Made by a program: the position numbers and the translations under genes. A stretch of 63,917 nt of DNA from an uncultured Bdellovibrionales bacterium (GTDB taxonomy: Bacteria > Patescibacteriota > Minisyncoccia > Moranbacterales > GWC2-37-73): contig CAYVME010000001.1 in NCBI GenBank assembly GCA_964452415.1, forward strand, positions 1 to 63,917, given 5' to 3'. The notes beneath the pieces are model-generated. The model saw only the letters and a list, made by a program, of their open reading frames with translations. It searched no databases and was not told the DNA's origin. Shown piece by piece: positions 1-8,345 of this stretch (position 1 is its first letter; the number at the start of each line of letters is the position of its first letter).

Positions 1-87
1 TCTAAATGAGATGTTATTAAATCTATATATGTAAATGTTCCATTACGTTTATTAGTTAATATATAAACATAATAACTCTTTTTCATA

Positions 88-119
88 AATCCTGGATTCC
101 CGCCTACGCGGGAATGACA
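88..119. repeat. REP-like palindromic element (copy 1)
   Basis: aatcctggattcccgc ctac gcgggaatgaca. The stem sequence differs from copies 2 and 3, but the 8-bp pairing is kept by compensatory changes. Confidence 0.7.
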
Positions 120-153
120 ACAAATTAAAACTCCGCAGTGACAAAACGAATAT

Positions 154-178
154 AAAAAAAGCACTCCTTTCGGAGTGC
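154..178 (-). terminator. rho-independent terminator after rpsI
   Basis: Minus strand: GCACTCC GAAA GGAGTGC, followed by TTTTTTT. Confidence 0.8.
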
Positions 179-188
179 TTTGCAATAT

Positions 189-770
189 TTATCGTTTCGC
201 CCACTGTGGAGCTTTTCGAGCTTTCTTGAGTCCGGCTTTCTTTCGTTCAACCTCTCTGGCATCTCGAGTCATGAATCCAAGAACTTTCAAAGATTTCTTG
301 AGCTCAGCGTCAAATTTCACCAAGGCTCGAGCAATTCCAAGTCTGATCGCTTCAGTCTGACCAGTGATTCCACCACCTCGAACAATAACCGTAGCGCGGA
401 AACTGTCTTGCATTCCAACAGCCTTAAGTGGTCCCATCAAGTTGTTCTGAAGAGCTGCAGTTGGAAAATAATCTTTCAATTTCTTATCATTGATAACAAT
501 ATCATTTTCAGTTGCTTTTTCAGCCTTGAAAAGACGAACTTGAGCCACAGAAGCTTTCCTTCTTCCAACAGCGTAAAAGTAGACTTCATTCTTGGCAACT
601 TTCGGAGCCTTTTCCACCTTTTCCACTTTCTCAACCTTTTCAACTTTAACTTCCTTAACAGCTTTCACTGCCTTGGGAGCTTTGACAACCTTTTCAGCTT
701 TTGGCTTTGCAGCCTTCACAGCTTTTGGTTTTGAAACTTTTTCAGTTTTTTCCGCTTTTTTTACTGCCAT
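189..770 (-). CDS. rpsI: 30S ribosomal protein S9 with ~60-aa Lys/Val/Glu-rich N-terminal extension
   Basis: ORF 189..821. The C-terminus GGGITGQTEAIRLGIARALVKFD...TRDAREVERKKAGLKKARKAPQWAKR is the S9 signature. Start placed at MAVKKAEK (770) because rplM stops at 775. Confidence 0.9.
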   Translation of the reverse strand: MAVKKAEKTEKVSKPKAVKAAKPKAEKVVKAPKAVKAVKEVKVEKVEKVEKVEKAPKVAKNEVYFYAVGRRKASVAQVRLFKAEKATENDIVINDKKLKDYFPTAALQNNLMGPLKAVGMQDSFRATVIVRGGGITGQTEAIRLGIARALVKFDAELKKSLKVLGFMTRDAREVERKKAGLKKARKAPQWAKR

Positions 771-774
771 AAAA

Positions 775-1167
775 TTAGTGTGTAACATTAATATTCTTAC
801 ATGTGTGCTCTGCGTCAGCAAAAACGCTTAGTCTGAGCATCATCTTGTCTCTGAGCTTGTTCTTCGGAAGCATTCCGTATACTGCGTTTTGAATCACTTT
901 TCCTGAATCCTTGGCAAGCAAATCTTTCAGAGAGATTGATGAGATACCTCCTGGATATCCAGAATATTTGTGATAAATCTTTCCTTCAAGTTTGTTTCCA
1001 GTAACTTTAATCTTTTGAGCGTTAATCACAACAACGAAATCTCCCCCATCAATATGTGGAACATAATCAACTTTATTGCGACCGCTTAATGTCTTTGCAA
1101 TTTCAGTTGCCAAGCGTCCAAGCACTTTTCCCTGAGCATCAAAGAGGTGATATTGTCTGTTGTTCAT
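775..1167 (-). CDS. rplM: 50S ribosomal protein L13
   Basis: ORF 775..1206. Contains HLFDAQGKVLGRLATEIAKTLSGRNK...DGGDFVVVINAQKIKVTGNK...HKYSGYPGG. Start probably MNNRQY at 1167. Confidence 0.9.
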   Translation of the reverse strand: MNNRQYHLFDAQGKVLGRLATEIAKTLSGRNKVDYVPHIDGGDFVVVINAQKIKVTGNKLEGKIYHKYSGYPGGISSISLKDLLAKDSGKVIQNAVYGMLPKNKLRDKMMLRLSVFADAEHTCKNINVTH

Positions 1168-1192
1168 AAGTTTACTTAATATTATGCGTTTC

Positions 1193-1558
1193 TTATACAA
1201 ATTCAATTACTGCCATCTCAGCTCCATCGCTTTTTCTCTGACCCATTTTGATGATGCGAGTGTATCCACTTGTTCGAGCAGAAAACTTTGCAGAAAATTC
1301 ACCAGAAAGCTTCTTCACTGCGATAAGTGGCAGTTCTTTTCGAAGATCCCTGAGCACCGCAACCTTTTTTGTCTCATCCTTAGATATCTTTTTGATCTTG
1401 GTAATGATTTTGTCAACCATTGGTTTGATCTCTTTGGCTTTCGCTTCAGTCGTGGTGATCTTTTCTTTCATAATGAAGCTGCCCAATAGCGTCTTCAAGA
1501 GAGCTACTCGTTGCTTTTTTACTCTGCTAAATTTTCGGCTTCTTCCAAGATGATTCAT
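1193..1558 (-). CDS. rplQ: 50S ribosomal protein L17
   Basis: MNHLGRSRKFSRVKKQRVALLKTL...TTTEAKAKEIKPMVDKIIT...GYTRIIKMGQRKSDGAEMAVIEF; position after rpoA is as in the alpha operon. Confidence 0.85.
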   Translation of the reverse strand: MNHLGRSRKFSRVKKQRVALLKTLLGSFIMKEKITTTEAKAKEIKPMVDKIITKIKKISKDETKKVAVLRDLRKELPLIAVKKLSGEFSAKFSARTSGYTRIIKMGQRKSDGAEMAVIEFV

Positions 1559-1564
1559 GAGTTT

Positions 1565-1656
1565 AGCTTCTGGCTTTCAGCTTTTAGCTTTCAGCTTTCG
1601 GCTCAGAATTCAAAATTCCGAGCCTAGTAGCTAGTAGCTATAAGCTATAACCTATC
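1565..1656. repeat. heptad-repeat hairpin region between rpoA and rplQ
   Basis: agcttct ggctttc agctttt agctttc agctttc, then the core hairpin ggctcagaatt caa aattccgagcc, then ctagtag ctagtag ctataag ctataac. Confidence 0.8.
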
Positions 1657-1663
1657 AAATTTA

Positions 1664-2629
1664 CTATTGTTTAAGTGTAATTCCAAATTCTCCAATTGAT
1701 TTTTTAATTTCCTTTACTCCCTTGCTTCCCATTCCTTCCAATCCAAGAAGCTCTTCTTCGCTCAATTTCACAATGTCTTTGATCTTTGCAATCTTGCTTG
1801 TCTCAAGAACATTGAGAGTTCGAGTTGAAAGATTTTTAAGTTCTCCAACTTTGATTTTCATTGGGTCAACAGCTTCTTCAACTTCTTTCTTTTCCTCAAC
1901 AATCACAGCTTCTTGAACTTCAACAATTGGAGCCTCCTGGATCATTTCAATTCCTCCAAGCACTGAAAATTGTTCAACAAGAATAGCAACAGCTTTTTTG
2001 AAGGCTTCCTCTGGAGTTATGCTTCCATCAGTCACGATTTCAAGAGTAATTTTGTTGTAGTCTGTTCTTTTTCCAACTCGCATGTTTTCAACTTCATAGT
2101 TCACACGACGAATCGGTGTGTACACTGCATCAATTGCAATAACTCCAATTTCTTTTTCAGGTCGGTTTTGCTGATCAATTGGAACATATCCCAAACCTCT
2201 TGAGATTTCCAATTCCATTTCAAATTCAACTTTTTTATCAGTGATAGTTGCAATGATCTGATCAGTATTCACAACTTCAACATCAGAAGGACATTTGATC
2301 TCTTTTGCAGTCACTTTTCCCTCGCCTTTGAATTTAAGGCTAACCTTCACAGGTTCTTCGCTGTGCATTTTGAAACGAATTTTTTTCAGATTCAAAATGA
2401 TTTGAACTGCGTCTTCCATGACTCCATCCATGGTTGAAAATTCATGAGAAACTCCTTTGATTTTCACCGATGTGATGGCTGCTCCTTCTAGTGATGCCAG
2501 AAGAACACGTCTAAGCGCATTACCAAGAGTCATTCCATAACCTGGATAACAACCCATGATTTCAAATTTACCACTCATCTCGTCGATTGGAGTGTATTTT
2601 GGCTTCTGAGGAAGTGACACGATCTGCAT
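1664..2629 (-). CDS. rpoA: DNA-directed RNA polymerase alpha subunit
   Basis: 321 aa. N-terminal GYGMTLGNALRRVLLASLEGAAITSVKIKGVSHEFS, and a C-terminal helix-hairpin-helix domain (LSTRTLNVLETSKIAKIKDIVKLSEEELLGLEGMGSKGVKEI). Confidence 0.92.
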   Translation of the reverse strand: MQIVSLPQKPKYTPIDEMSGKFEIMGCYPGYGMTLGNALRRVLLASLEGAAITSVKIKGVSHEFSTMDGVMEDAVQIILNLKKIRFKMHSEEPVKVSLKFKGEGKVTAKEIKCPSDVEVVNTDQIIATITDKKVEFEMELEISRGLGYVPIDQQNRPEKEIGVIAIDAVYTPIRRVNYEVENMRVGKRTDYNKITLEIVTDGSITPEEAFKKAVAILVEQFSVLGGIEMIQEAPIVEVQEAVIVEEKKEVEEAVDPMKIKVGELKNLSTRTLNVLETSKIAKIKDIVKLSEEELLGLEGMGSKGVKEIKKSIGEFGITLKQ

Positions 2630-2650
2630 ATCCTCTTTTAAAACGAATTG

Positions 2651-2669
2651 GTCATTCCGCTCAGCGGAA
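2651..2669. repeat. related GTCATTCC-palindrome element in inverted orientation, between rpsD and rpoA
   Basis: gtcattccgc tca gcggaa. Confidence 0.5.
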
Positions 2670-2719
2670 CAAAAAACACGTTTTTAATTAAAAAAGTTAA
2701 ATTAAAAACAAAAACAAAT

Positions 2720-3355
2720 TTATCTTGAGTATGATTCCACAACCATTTGAGGATCAACATGGATTCCAACATCTTCACGAGTCGGCATCGCAATAACCTT
2801 TCCTTCCAGTTTTGAAACATTGAACTGGACCCATCTCGGAAAATCTTTCTTGTTTGCCAATGATTGAGCCTGAATTTTGAAGTATGCATTGTCCTTCTTT
2901 GATTCTTTCACTGCAACCACATCGCCAACTTTCACCCAACAAGAAGGAATTGTCATTTTCTTTCCATTAACCACAAAAGCTCCGTGAGTTACAAGCTGTC
3001 GAGCCTGAATTGGAGATGATGCTAGTCCCATTTTGCGAACCACATTGTCCAAACGCATTTCAAGGCGACTCATTAGCAAATCTCCAGTAACTCCTGGTTT
3101 GTTGCTAATTTCATCATAGTGCTTGCGGAATTGTTTTTCCAAAACTCCATACATTCGTTTGATGCGTTGTTTCATTGCAAGCTGTTTTCCGAACTCACTT
3201 AGTCCGCGAGACATGCTTTTTCCATGAACACCTGGCGCATATGGACGACGACTAACAGCGCACTTTGCGCTATCACATCTATCACCTTTCAAGAAAAGTT
3301 TTTCCTGAGCTCGGCGACATCTCTTACATTTTGACCCTAATAAATCTCTTGCCAT
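2720..3355 (-). CDS. rpsD: 30S ribosomal protein S4
   Basis: MARDLLGSKCKRCRRAQEKLFLKGDRC...YGVLEKQFRKHY...RLDNVVRKMGLASSPIQARQLVTHGAFVVNGKKMTIPS. Confidence 0.92.
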   Translation of the reverse strand: MARDLLGSKCKRCRRAQEKLFLKGDRCDSAKCAVSRRPYAPGVHGKSMSRGLSEFGKQLAMKQRIKRMYGVLEKQFRKHYDEISNKPGVTGDLLMSRLEMRLDNVVRKMGLASSPIQARQLVTHGAFVVNGKKMTIPSCWVKVGDVVAVKESKKDNAYFKIQAQSLANKKDFPRWVQFNVSKLEGKVIAMPTREDVGIHVDPQMVVESYSR

Positions 3356-3393
3356 AACTTCTTATTATAAAAAATTTGAATTTGAATTATCGT

Positions 3394-3870
3394 TTATACT
3401 CTTCTTGGTTTTTTGGCTCGGCATCCATTGTGAGGAATCGGAGTCACATCTTTAATTGCAGTAAGTTCAAAACCTTTGTTTGCCAATGTTCGAATTGAAG
3501 ATTCTCTTCCGCTCCCAACACCTCTAACAAAAACATCCAACTCGCGCACACCATATTTCTTCACTTTTTCACTCACATCATGCACAACTTGAGTTGCAGC
3601 ATATGGAGTTGCTTTCTTGGCACCTTTGAATCCCAAAAGTCCAGAGCTTGACCAACCAAGCATTCCACCATTTGCATCTGAAATCATCACCATGGTGTTG
3701 TTATAGGTGCATTTGATGTGGGCTTGTCCCTTGCTGATCTGCCTTTTCAACTTCTTTTTCTTCTTTTTGGTTTCAGCTTCAGTTTCAACAGCGGTAGCAA
3801 CTGCGCCCTCAACATTTTCAGATGATTCTTCAGCCAACAATTCTTCAATTTTTTTAATTTCGTCTGCCAT
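3394..3870 (-). CDS. rpsK: 30S ribosomal protein S11 with acidic/Lys-rich N-terminal extension
   Basis: Core GQAHIKCTYNNTMVMISDANGGMLGWSSSGLLGFKGAKKATPYAAT...GVGSGRESSIRTL...IKDVTPIPHNGCRAKKPRRV. Confidence 0.92.
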   Translation of the reverse strand: MADEIKKIEELLAEESSENVEGAVATAVETEAETKKKKKKLKRQISKGQAHIKCTYNNTMVMISDANGGMLGWSSSGLLGFKGAKKATPYAATQVVHDVSEKVKKYGVRELDVFVRGVGSGRESSIRTLANKGFELTAIKDVTPIPHNGCRAKKPRRV

Positions 3871-3883
3871 ATTTATCAGGTAT

Positions 3884-3978
3884 CAGCTTTCAGCTTTCAG
3901 CTTTCAGCTTTTTATAAAATATTTATCATTCTAATTAGTTACTAACCTATAAGCTGTAAGCTAGTACCCAGAAGCTGG
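3884..3978. repeat. heptad-repeat region between rpsM and rpsK
   Basis: (cagcttt)x4 perfect at 3884..3911, with a partly complementary aagctgt aagctag tacccag aagctgg at 3951..3978. Confidence 0.85.
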
Positions 3979-3980
3979 GC

Positions 3981-4367
3981 TTATGTCTTTGATTCGCTTC
4001 TTCGTCCGCTTCCCATGGTCTTTCTCACATTTCCTCGAACTGTTCGACTGTTTGTCTTGGTTCGTTGTCCATGAACTGGCATTCCTTTTTGGTGTCGGCT
4101 TCCTCTGTAGCTTCCGATTTCTTTCAAACGCTTGATGTTCATCTTAACTTCATGCTTGAGTTCACCTTCAACCTTGTATTTCTTTTCGATTTCATCTCGA
4201 AGTCTGTTTGCGTCTTCAGCTGAAAGATCCTTCGTGCGAGTATCTTCATTAATTTCAAGAAGCTTCAAAAGCTTTTTGCTAGTTGAAGGTCCAATTCCAA
4301 AAACATATGTTAGGGCGATCACTATTCTTTTTTCATCAGGAAGATTTATTCCGGCAATACGTATCAT
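3981..4367 (-). CDS. rpsM: 30S ribosomal protein S13
   Basis: MIRIAGINLPDEKRIVIALTYVFGIGPSTSKKLL...IGSYRGSRHQKGMPVHGQRTKTNSRT. Confidence 0.92.
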   Translation of the reverse strand: MIRIAGINLPDEKRIVIALTYVFGIGPSTSKKLLKLLEINEDTRTKDLSAEDANRLRDEIEKKYKVEGELKHEVKMNIKRLKEIGSYRGSRHQKGMPVHGQRTKTNSRTVRGNVRKTMGSGRRSESKT

Positions 4368-4438
4368 AATACAAAATAATTTTAAATTTTAACCCTCAGG
4401 GTACAAGCAATTTAAAATTTTAATTAAATAAATTACTC

Positions 4439-4552
4439 TTAACCCTGTCGTTGCTTATGCTTCGGTGTGGAGCAGATAACATACACTTTACCTCTTCTTC
4501 TCACCACTTTACATTTGGCACACATTTTTTTTACTGATGCTCTTACTTTCAT
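4439..4552 (-). CDS. rpmJ: 50S ribosomal protein L36 (37 aa, below the ORF-track cutoff)
   Basis: Hand translation of the minus strand gives [37 protein letters not shown] plus TAA. It sits between infA and rpsM, as expected. Confidence 0.88.
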   Translation of the reverse strand: MKVRASVKKMCAKCKVVRRRGKVYVICSTPKHKQRQG

Positions 4553-4647
4553 AATTTTGTTTACACTCAAACACTTATAACTTTTTCTCCAAATTATTTT
4601 GAATAATTTGTCATTAGTTGTGAGTCTTTAGTTATATTAAACTTTAT

Positions 4648-4872
4648 TTACATTCTATGAGTAACTCTTCCTTTAGTGAGATCGTATGGGCTCATTTCCA
4701 TCAAAACACGATCTCCTGGCAATAATCTGATATAATGGACCCTCATTCTTCCAGAAATATGAGCCAAAACTTCATGACCATTGTCCAGACGCACACGAAA
4801 AGTCGTGCTTGGCAAGGTTTCAATGATTGTTCCTTCGAGTTTTATCAACTCTTTTTCTTGTTTTGGGGCCAT
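4648..4872 (-). CDS. infA: translation initiation factor IF-1
   Basis: 74 aa; [61 protein letters not shown]. Confidence 0.92.
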   Translation of the reverse strand: MAPKQEKELIKLEGTIIETLPSTTFRVRLDNGHEVLAHISGRMRVHYIRLLPGDRVLMEMSPYDLTKGRVTHRM

Positions 4873-5002
4873 ATTTTGCTTTGCGTTACAACATAAAAAT
4901 AGAGGCGGTAAACTTTCCGCAAAACTATCCTAATTCATGAAATTCAAATAGTGATTTCCTCTCTGTGGACAATCTATTAAGTTTTTTCAGAAACGTATAA
5001 CA

Positions 5003-5031
5003 ATCTTAACAAAGTATTCTTTTCTTGTCAA
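5003..5031 (-). promoter_or_regulatory. sigma70-like promoter upstream of infA (TTGACA-17-TAAGAT)
   Basis: The minus strand reads TTGACA agaaaagaatactttgt TAAGAT, about 130 nt upstream of the infA ATG. Confidence 0.5.
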
Positions 5032-5161
5032 CTGTCCCCAGGGGCCAATTTTATTAATAATCTAAAATACCCCTTTGACCCCAGAAAACACAGATTTGCC
5101 CTTTTTCACTCAGCCTAAGTCAAAAAGGGTCATTTTGGCCACCACATTGCCAAAGTTTGGC

Positions 5162-7018
5162 TTATTCAAGAGATTCTTTGTCAATTTCAATGTTCACCCT
5201 TGAAGAATATTGAGGAATTTGAGATATAAAAGGCATTGAGAATTCAACATTGGCATTTTTTATACCTTTATTGTTCTTGAAAACTTCATCAATTTCATCA
5301 CCGTTTTTGCCCAAAAGTTCCTTCTTTATCTTCTCAGTATCAATATTTTGAATCACTGAAAAATCCCCCCTAATTTTCAACTCCAAAGTGTTTTTCTCAA
5401 AATCAGCAACAGCAAGACCATAGGTCAATTTAGAGATTTCAAATTTAATATCTTTAATATCGGATCTTTTCTCAAATTCTCGGATTAACACTTTTTTAAT
5501 GTCATCCTCGGCAAAGACAAGGGCTTTTATTTTTGCGCTCACGACATAATCAAATTTATCTGCAACAATTCCAGCCTTTGCTCTTGTGCTACTCTTGGAA
5601 ATTGAAATTTTCTCACATTGTTCAAGAATTATTTCACCTTCAGCCAATTCCACAGCAAGAAGACCTTTCAGCTCTTCACTAATTGCTTTTTCGGTTTTTT
5701 GCTTGGCACTGTCAATGTCTTGCTGACTAACCGAGCTTGAATTTTCCCCGCCCTCCAAGGATCCTCCTGCAAAATTCTCAGTTGATTTTGCGCTGAATTT
5801 GTCATATTTGGGACTACCCTTGAAGCCAGGTATTTTGAAGGATGAAGGTTGCAAATTAAAATCTTCACCTGCCTGATCAGCAACAATTTCTGCTTCAATA
5901 GCTCCGGGTTTTGTCTCGCCTCCAATCAAAGTTGTCCCAGGAACAATCACGTTCTTGATCAGTCGAAAAATTTTTCCATCTGCCGACTCAAATCTTGTTG
6001 TAGCTACAAGCGTTTGAGGTGAGCTGTCATATTCATTATAGATAATGATACTGCCATGAGCTTTCTTTCCTGGACCTCCTTGAGAACCTTGGGCATCGTA
6101 TGACATGGAAATTTCTTTTTCTTTTTCAATAACCCTAATTTTAATATTGTTTTGACCATCAGTTGCTATTTCTGACGAACCTTGAACCACCACATCAACT
6201 TTCTCACTGAGCGCACTTTGAACTATTGTAACCTTGGCGCTTGGCAAAAAAAGATACCCCGCAATAAATACAAGAAAAACCGTGCACAAAGAAATGAAGC
6301 TTACGAATATTTTTTTAGATGTTCCGCTTACTATATGACTTTTTTCATTATTGATATTTTTCTGATTAGTTTTAACCGAAGAATACATTTTTTCCAAAAT
6401 TCTTGTTTTGTCCTGATCCATGGATCCTTCAAACAAAGACTTGCCTGAATTTTTTTGTTCCTTGTTTGCATGCAAAGAATGACTGATGCCTCCTGAGCTT
6501 GAAATCTTGGATTTGCCTCTCATGTCAAAAATTCCATTCATCTTAACCCTTTTGGTTTCAATTTTTTTATCCACACTTGAAATGACAGGAATCTTTTTTT
6601 CAAAATCTCCAGCTTCCACATAGAAATCATTTGTGCCAACTCCCTTGAGTCTGTTTTTTTTATCTTGCAATTCATCAGAATACTCCTGAGACTCCTTAAG
6701 GACAATATCTTCTTCAATCACATCCTCTTGATATGTCGTCAAAGATTGATCTTTCGATTCAACATCGTCAATTGTTCTTTTGACCTCAAGTCCAGCTCTT
6801 TCCGCCATGGAGGCGCCGAGTTCATCTTGGGTCACAATGACTATTTTTTTGCCAAACTTTTCAGCCTCACTTTTCAAAAGTTTCAAATTAATAATGCTCA
6901 GCAAAAAAATTGCGCGCTTTGGCACAACAAAATAATTAACAGAAGACATTGACCTGTTGAGCCTGTCTATCACTGAGGATATTTCCTCATCTGCATCAAT
7001 GTAAAATGTTTGGTGCAT
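5162..7018 (-). CDS. hypothetical single-pass membrane protein (618 aa), downstream of the ftsA-like gene
   Basis: Long ORF. It has a cytoplasmic N-terminal domain, one hydrophobic helix (IFVSFISLCTVFLVFIAGYLFL) and a large C-terminal extracytoplasmic region. No motif recognised. Confidence 0.6.
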   Translation of the reverse strand: MHQTFYIDADEEISSVIDRLNRSMSSVNYFVVPKRAIFLLSIINLKLLKSEAEKFGKKIVIVTQDELGASMAERAGLEVKRTIDDVESKDQSLTTYQEDVIEEDIVLKESQEYSDELQDKKNRLKGVGTNDFYVEAGDFEKKIPVISSVDKKIETKRVKMNGIFDMRGKSKISSSGGISHSLHANKEQKNSGKSLFEGSMDQDKTRILEKMYSSVKTNQKNINNEKSHIVSGTSKKIFVSFISLCTVFLVFIAGYLFLPSAKVTIVQSALSEKVDVVVQGSSEIATDGQNNIKIRVIEKEKEISMSYDAQGSQGGPGKKAHGSIIIYNEYDSSPQTLVATTRFESADGKIFRLIKNVIVPGTTLIGGETKPGAIEAEIVADQAGEDFNLQPSSFKIPGFKGSPKYDKFSAKSTENFAGGSLEGGENSSSVSQQDIDSAKQKTEKAISEELKGLLAVELAEGEIILEQCEKISISKSSTRAKAGIVADKFDYVVSAKIKALVFAEDDIKKVLIREFEKRSDIKDIKFEISKLTYGLAVADFEKNTLELKIRGDFSVIQNIDTEKIKKELLGKNGDEIDEVFKNNKGIKNANVEFSMPFISQIPQYSSRVNIEIDKESLE

Positions 7019-7053
7019 AATAATTTTAAGTCAAAAGTTTATATGCTTAATTA

Positions 7054-8313
7054 TCAATCTTGCATTGTCTGCAAAACTCTGCGCAAAATTCCTGACATGA
7101 CTTTTTCTTCACCAGTAACATCCAAGACCAAATTCGCCAATCCCATCGGCGTGACATCTTGAGGATTCTTGAGTTCCCCTGTATTGTCAACAATCCTCAC
7201 CACATCTCTCGGCTGAAGATAACTGACACTTGGAGTTTTTGCGAAAGCCAATTTTTTTGACCAAGCCGAAGACAATAATATCTTCTTGATTCCCGGCAAA
7301 CCACTGCCTCCTCCGCAAAGCAAAATTTTTGAAGGCAAAACATCACTGCCAGCAAATTCTTCAAGAGAAAGACTCACTCCTCCAAGCCAAACCTCCACAT
7401 CGTTTTGCAAAATTTGATCAATTTTTGAACTCACATCATCATTCAATTTTCCTTCGGCATATTTTATTTTCAATTCTTCAGCTTCATCAAAATCAATCCT
7501 GAGTTCTTGCGCCAACTTTTTCGTGAATGCCTTTCCTCCAAAAGCAAACATTTTTGTTCCTTCCAGCCCTCCATTTCTCACCACAGCAATATCTGTTGTT
7601 CCACCTCCAATATCAATAAATATTGCACTAAAATCAACGGCGTCTTCATAATCAACACTACGAGCAACCGCATATGGCTCAGCAGCAATACTGAGCAAAT
7701 CAATATTAAGTTCATCAGCAATTGCCTGAAGTGCTCCCAAGTGAATCATTGGAGCATAAGCATTAAAGATACTAACTGAAACATCTTTTCCTTGAAAACC
7801 AATCGGGTTTGTCACCTGATATCCATCTATTCTAACATCGACAATGGCCGCATTGATCAGCTTAACATCGATATCCTGTCCGGTTTCCCAAGAGATTTGT
7901 TCTTGAATTCTTTCATATGCTTTAGCTTGAACTTTTTGAATTATATTTTTCAATTCAGCAAAATCAATTCTACTGTCAGGATTTCCTCTTTCATAATGAA
8001 CAGTTGTTGTTGTTCCCTTGACCAATTCCCCAGCTATGCCCACAATGGCCTTCTTAACTTTTTTCACACCAGCTTGCTCGAGTGCCTTATTAATTGAAAT
8101 CTGACAAGTTTCAATAACGCCAGAAATATCAGAGACAGCTCCACTTTGCATGTTTCCCTTTTTTTGATGCTCTTTGCCCACGCCTATAACAATCCCGCCT
8201 TTTTTCTCTTTATCCACCTCAAAAACAAGAGTCTTTGCAACCTCTGTTCCAATATCAAGTGCCAAATAATATTCAGCATTGTCACTTGAAAATAATTTTG
8301 AAAAAATAGACAT
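7054..8313 (-). CDS. ftsA: FtsA-like actin/HSP70-fold ATPase (cell division protein FtsA family)
   Basis: Phosphate-binding motifs ALDIGTEVAKTLVF, FIDIGGGTTDIAVV and LLCGGGSGLPGI; size 419 aa. Confidence 0.7.
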   Translation of the reverse strand: MSIFSKLFSSDNAEYYLALDIGTEVAKTLVFEVDKEKKGGIVIGVGKEHQKKGNMQSGAVSDISGVIETCQISINKALEQAGVKKVKKAIVGIAGELVKGTTTTVHYERGNPDSRIDFAELKNIIQKVQAKAYERIQEQISWETGQDIDVKLINAAIVDVRIDGYQVTNPIGFQGKDVSVSIFNAYAPMIHLGALQAIADELNIDLLSIAAEPYAVARSVDYEDAVDFSAIFIDIGGGTTDIAVVRNGGLEGTKMFAFGGKAFTKKLAQELRIDFDEAEELKIKYAEGKLNDDVSSKIDQILQNDVEVWLGGVSLSLEEFAGSDVLPSKILLCGGGSGLPGIKKILLSSAWSKKLAFAKTPSVSYLQPRDVVRIVDNTGELKNPQDVTPMGLANLVLDVTGEEKVMSGILRRVLQTMQD

Positions 8314-8345
8314 ATTTTAATGAAAATTTCTAATACAATAAAACA

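Noticed and set aside
180-734. Long plus-strand ORFs antisense to minus-strand housekeeping genes. Examples: 180..734, 17641..18180, 19253..19828, 21921..22652, 36134..36709, 43178..43726, 53093..53518.
   Set aside because: Each overlaps a minus-strand ORF with unmistakable conserved motifs. Their products are low-complexity (F/L/S/N-rich), as expected from reading an AT-rich gene backwards.
3884-3911. Heptad tandem repeats considered as CRISPR arrays.
   Set aside because: The period is 7 nt with no spacers, the arrays are under 100 nt, and there are no cas genes in the window.
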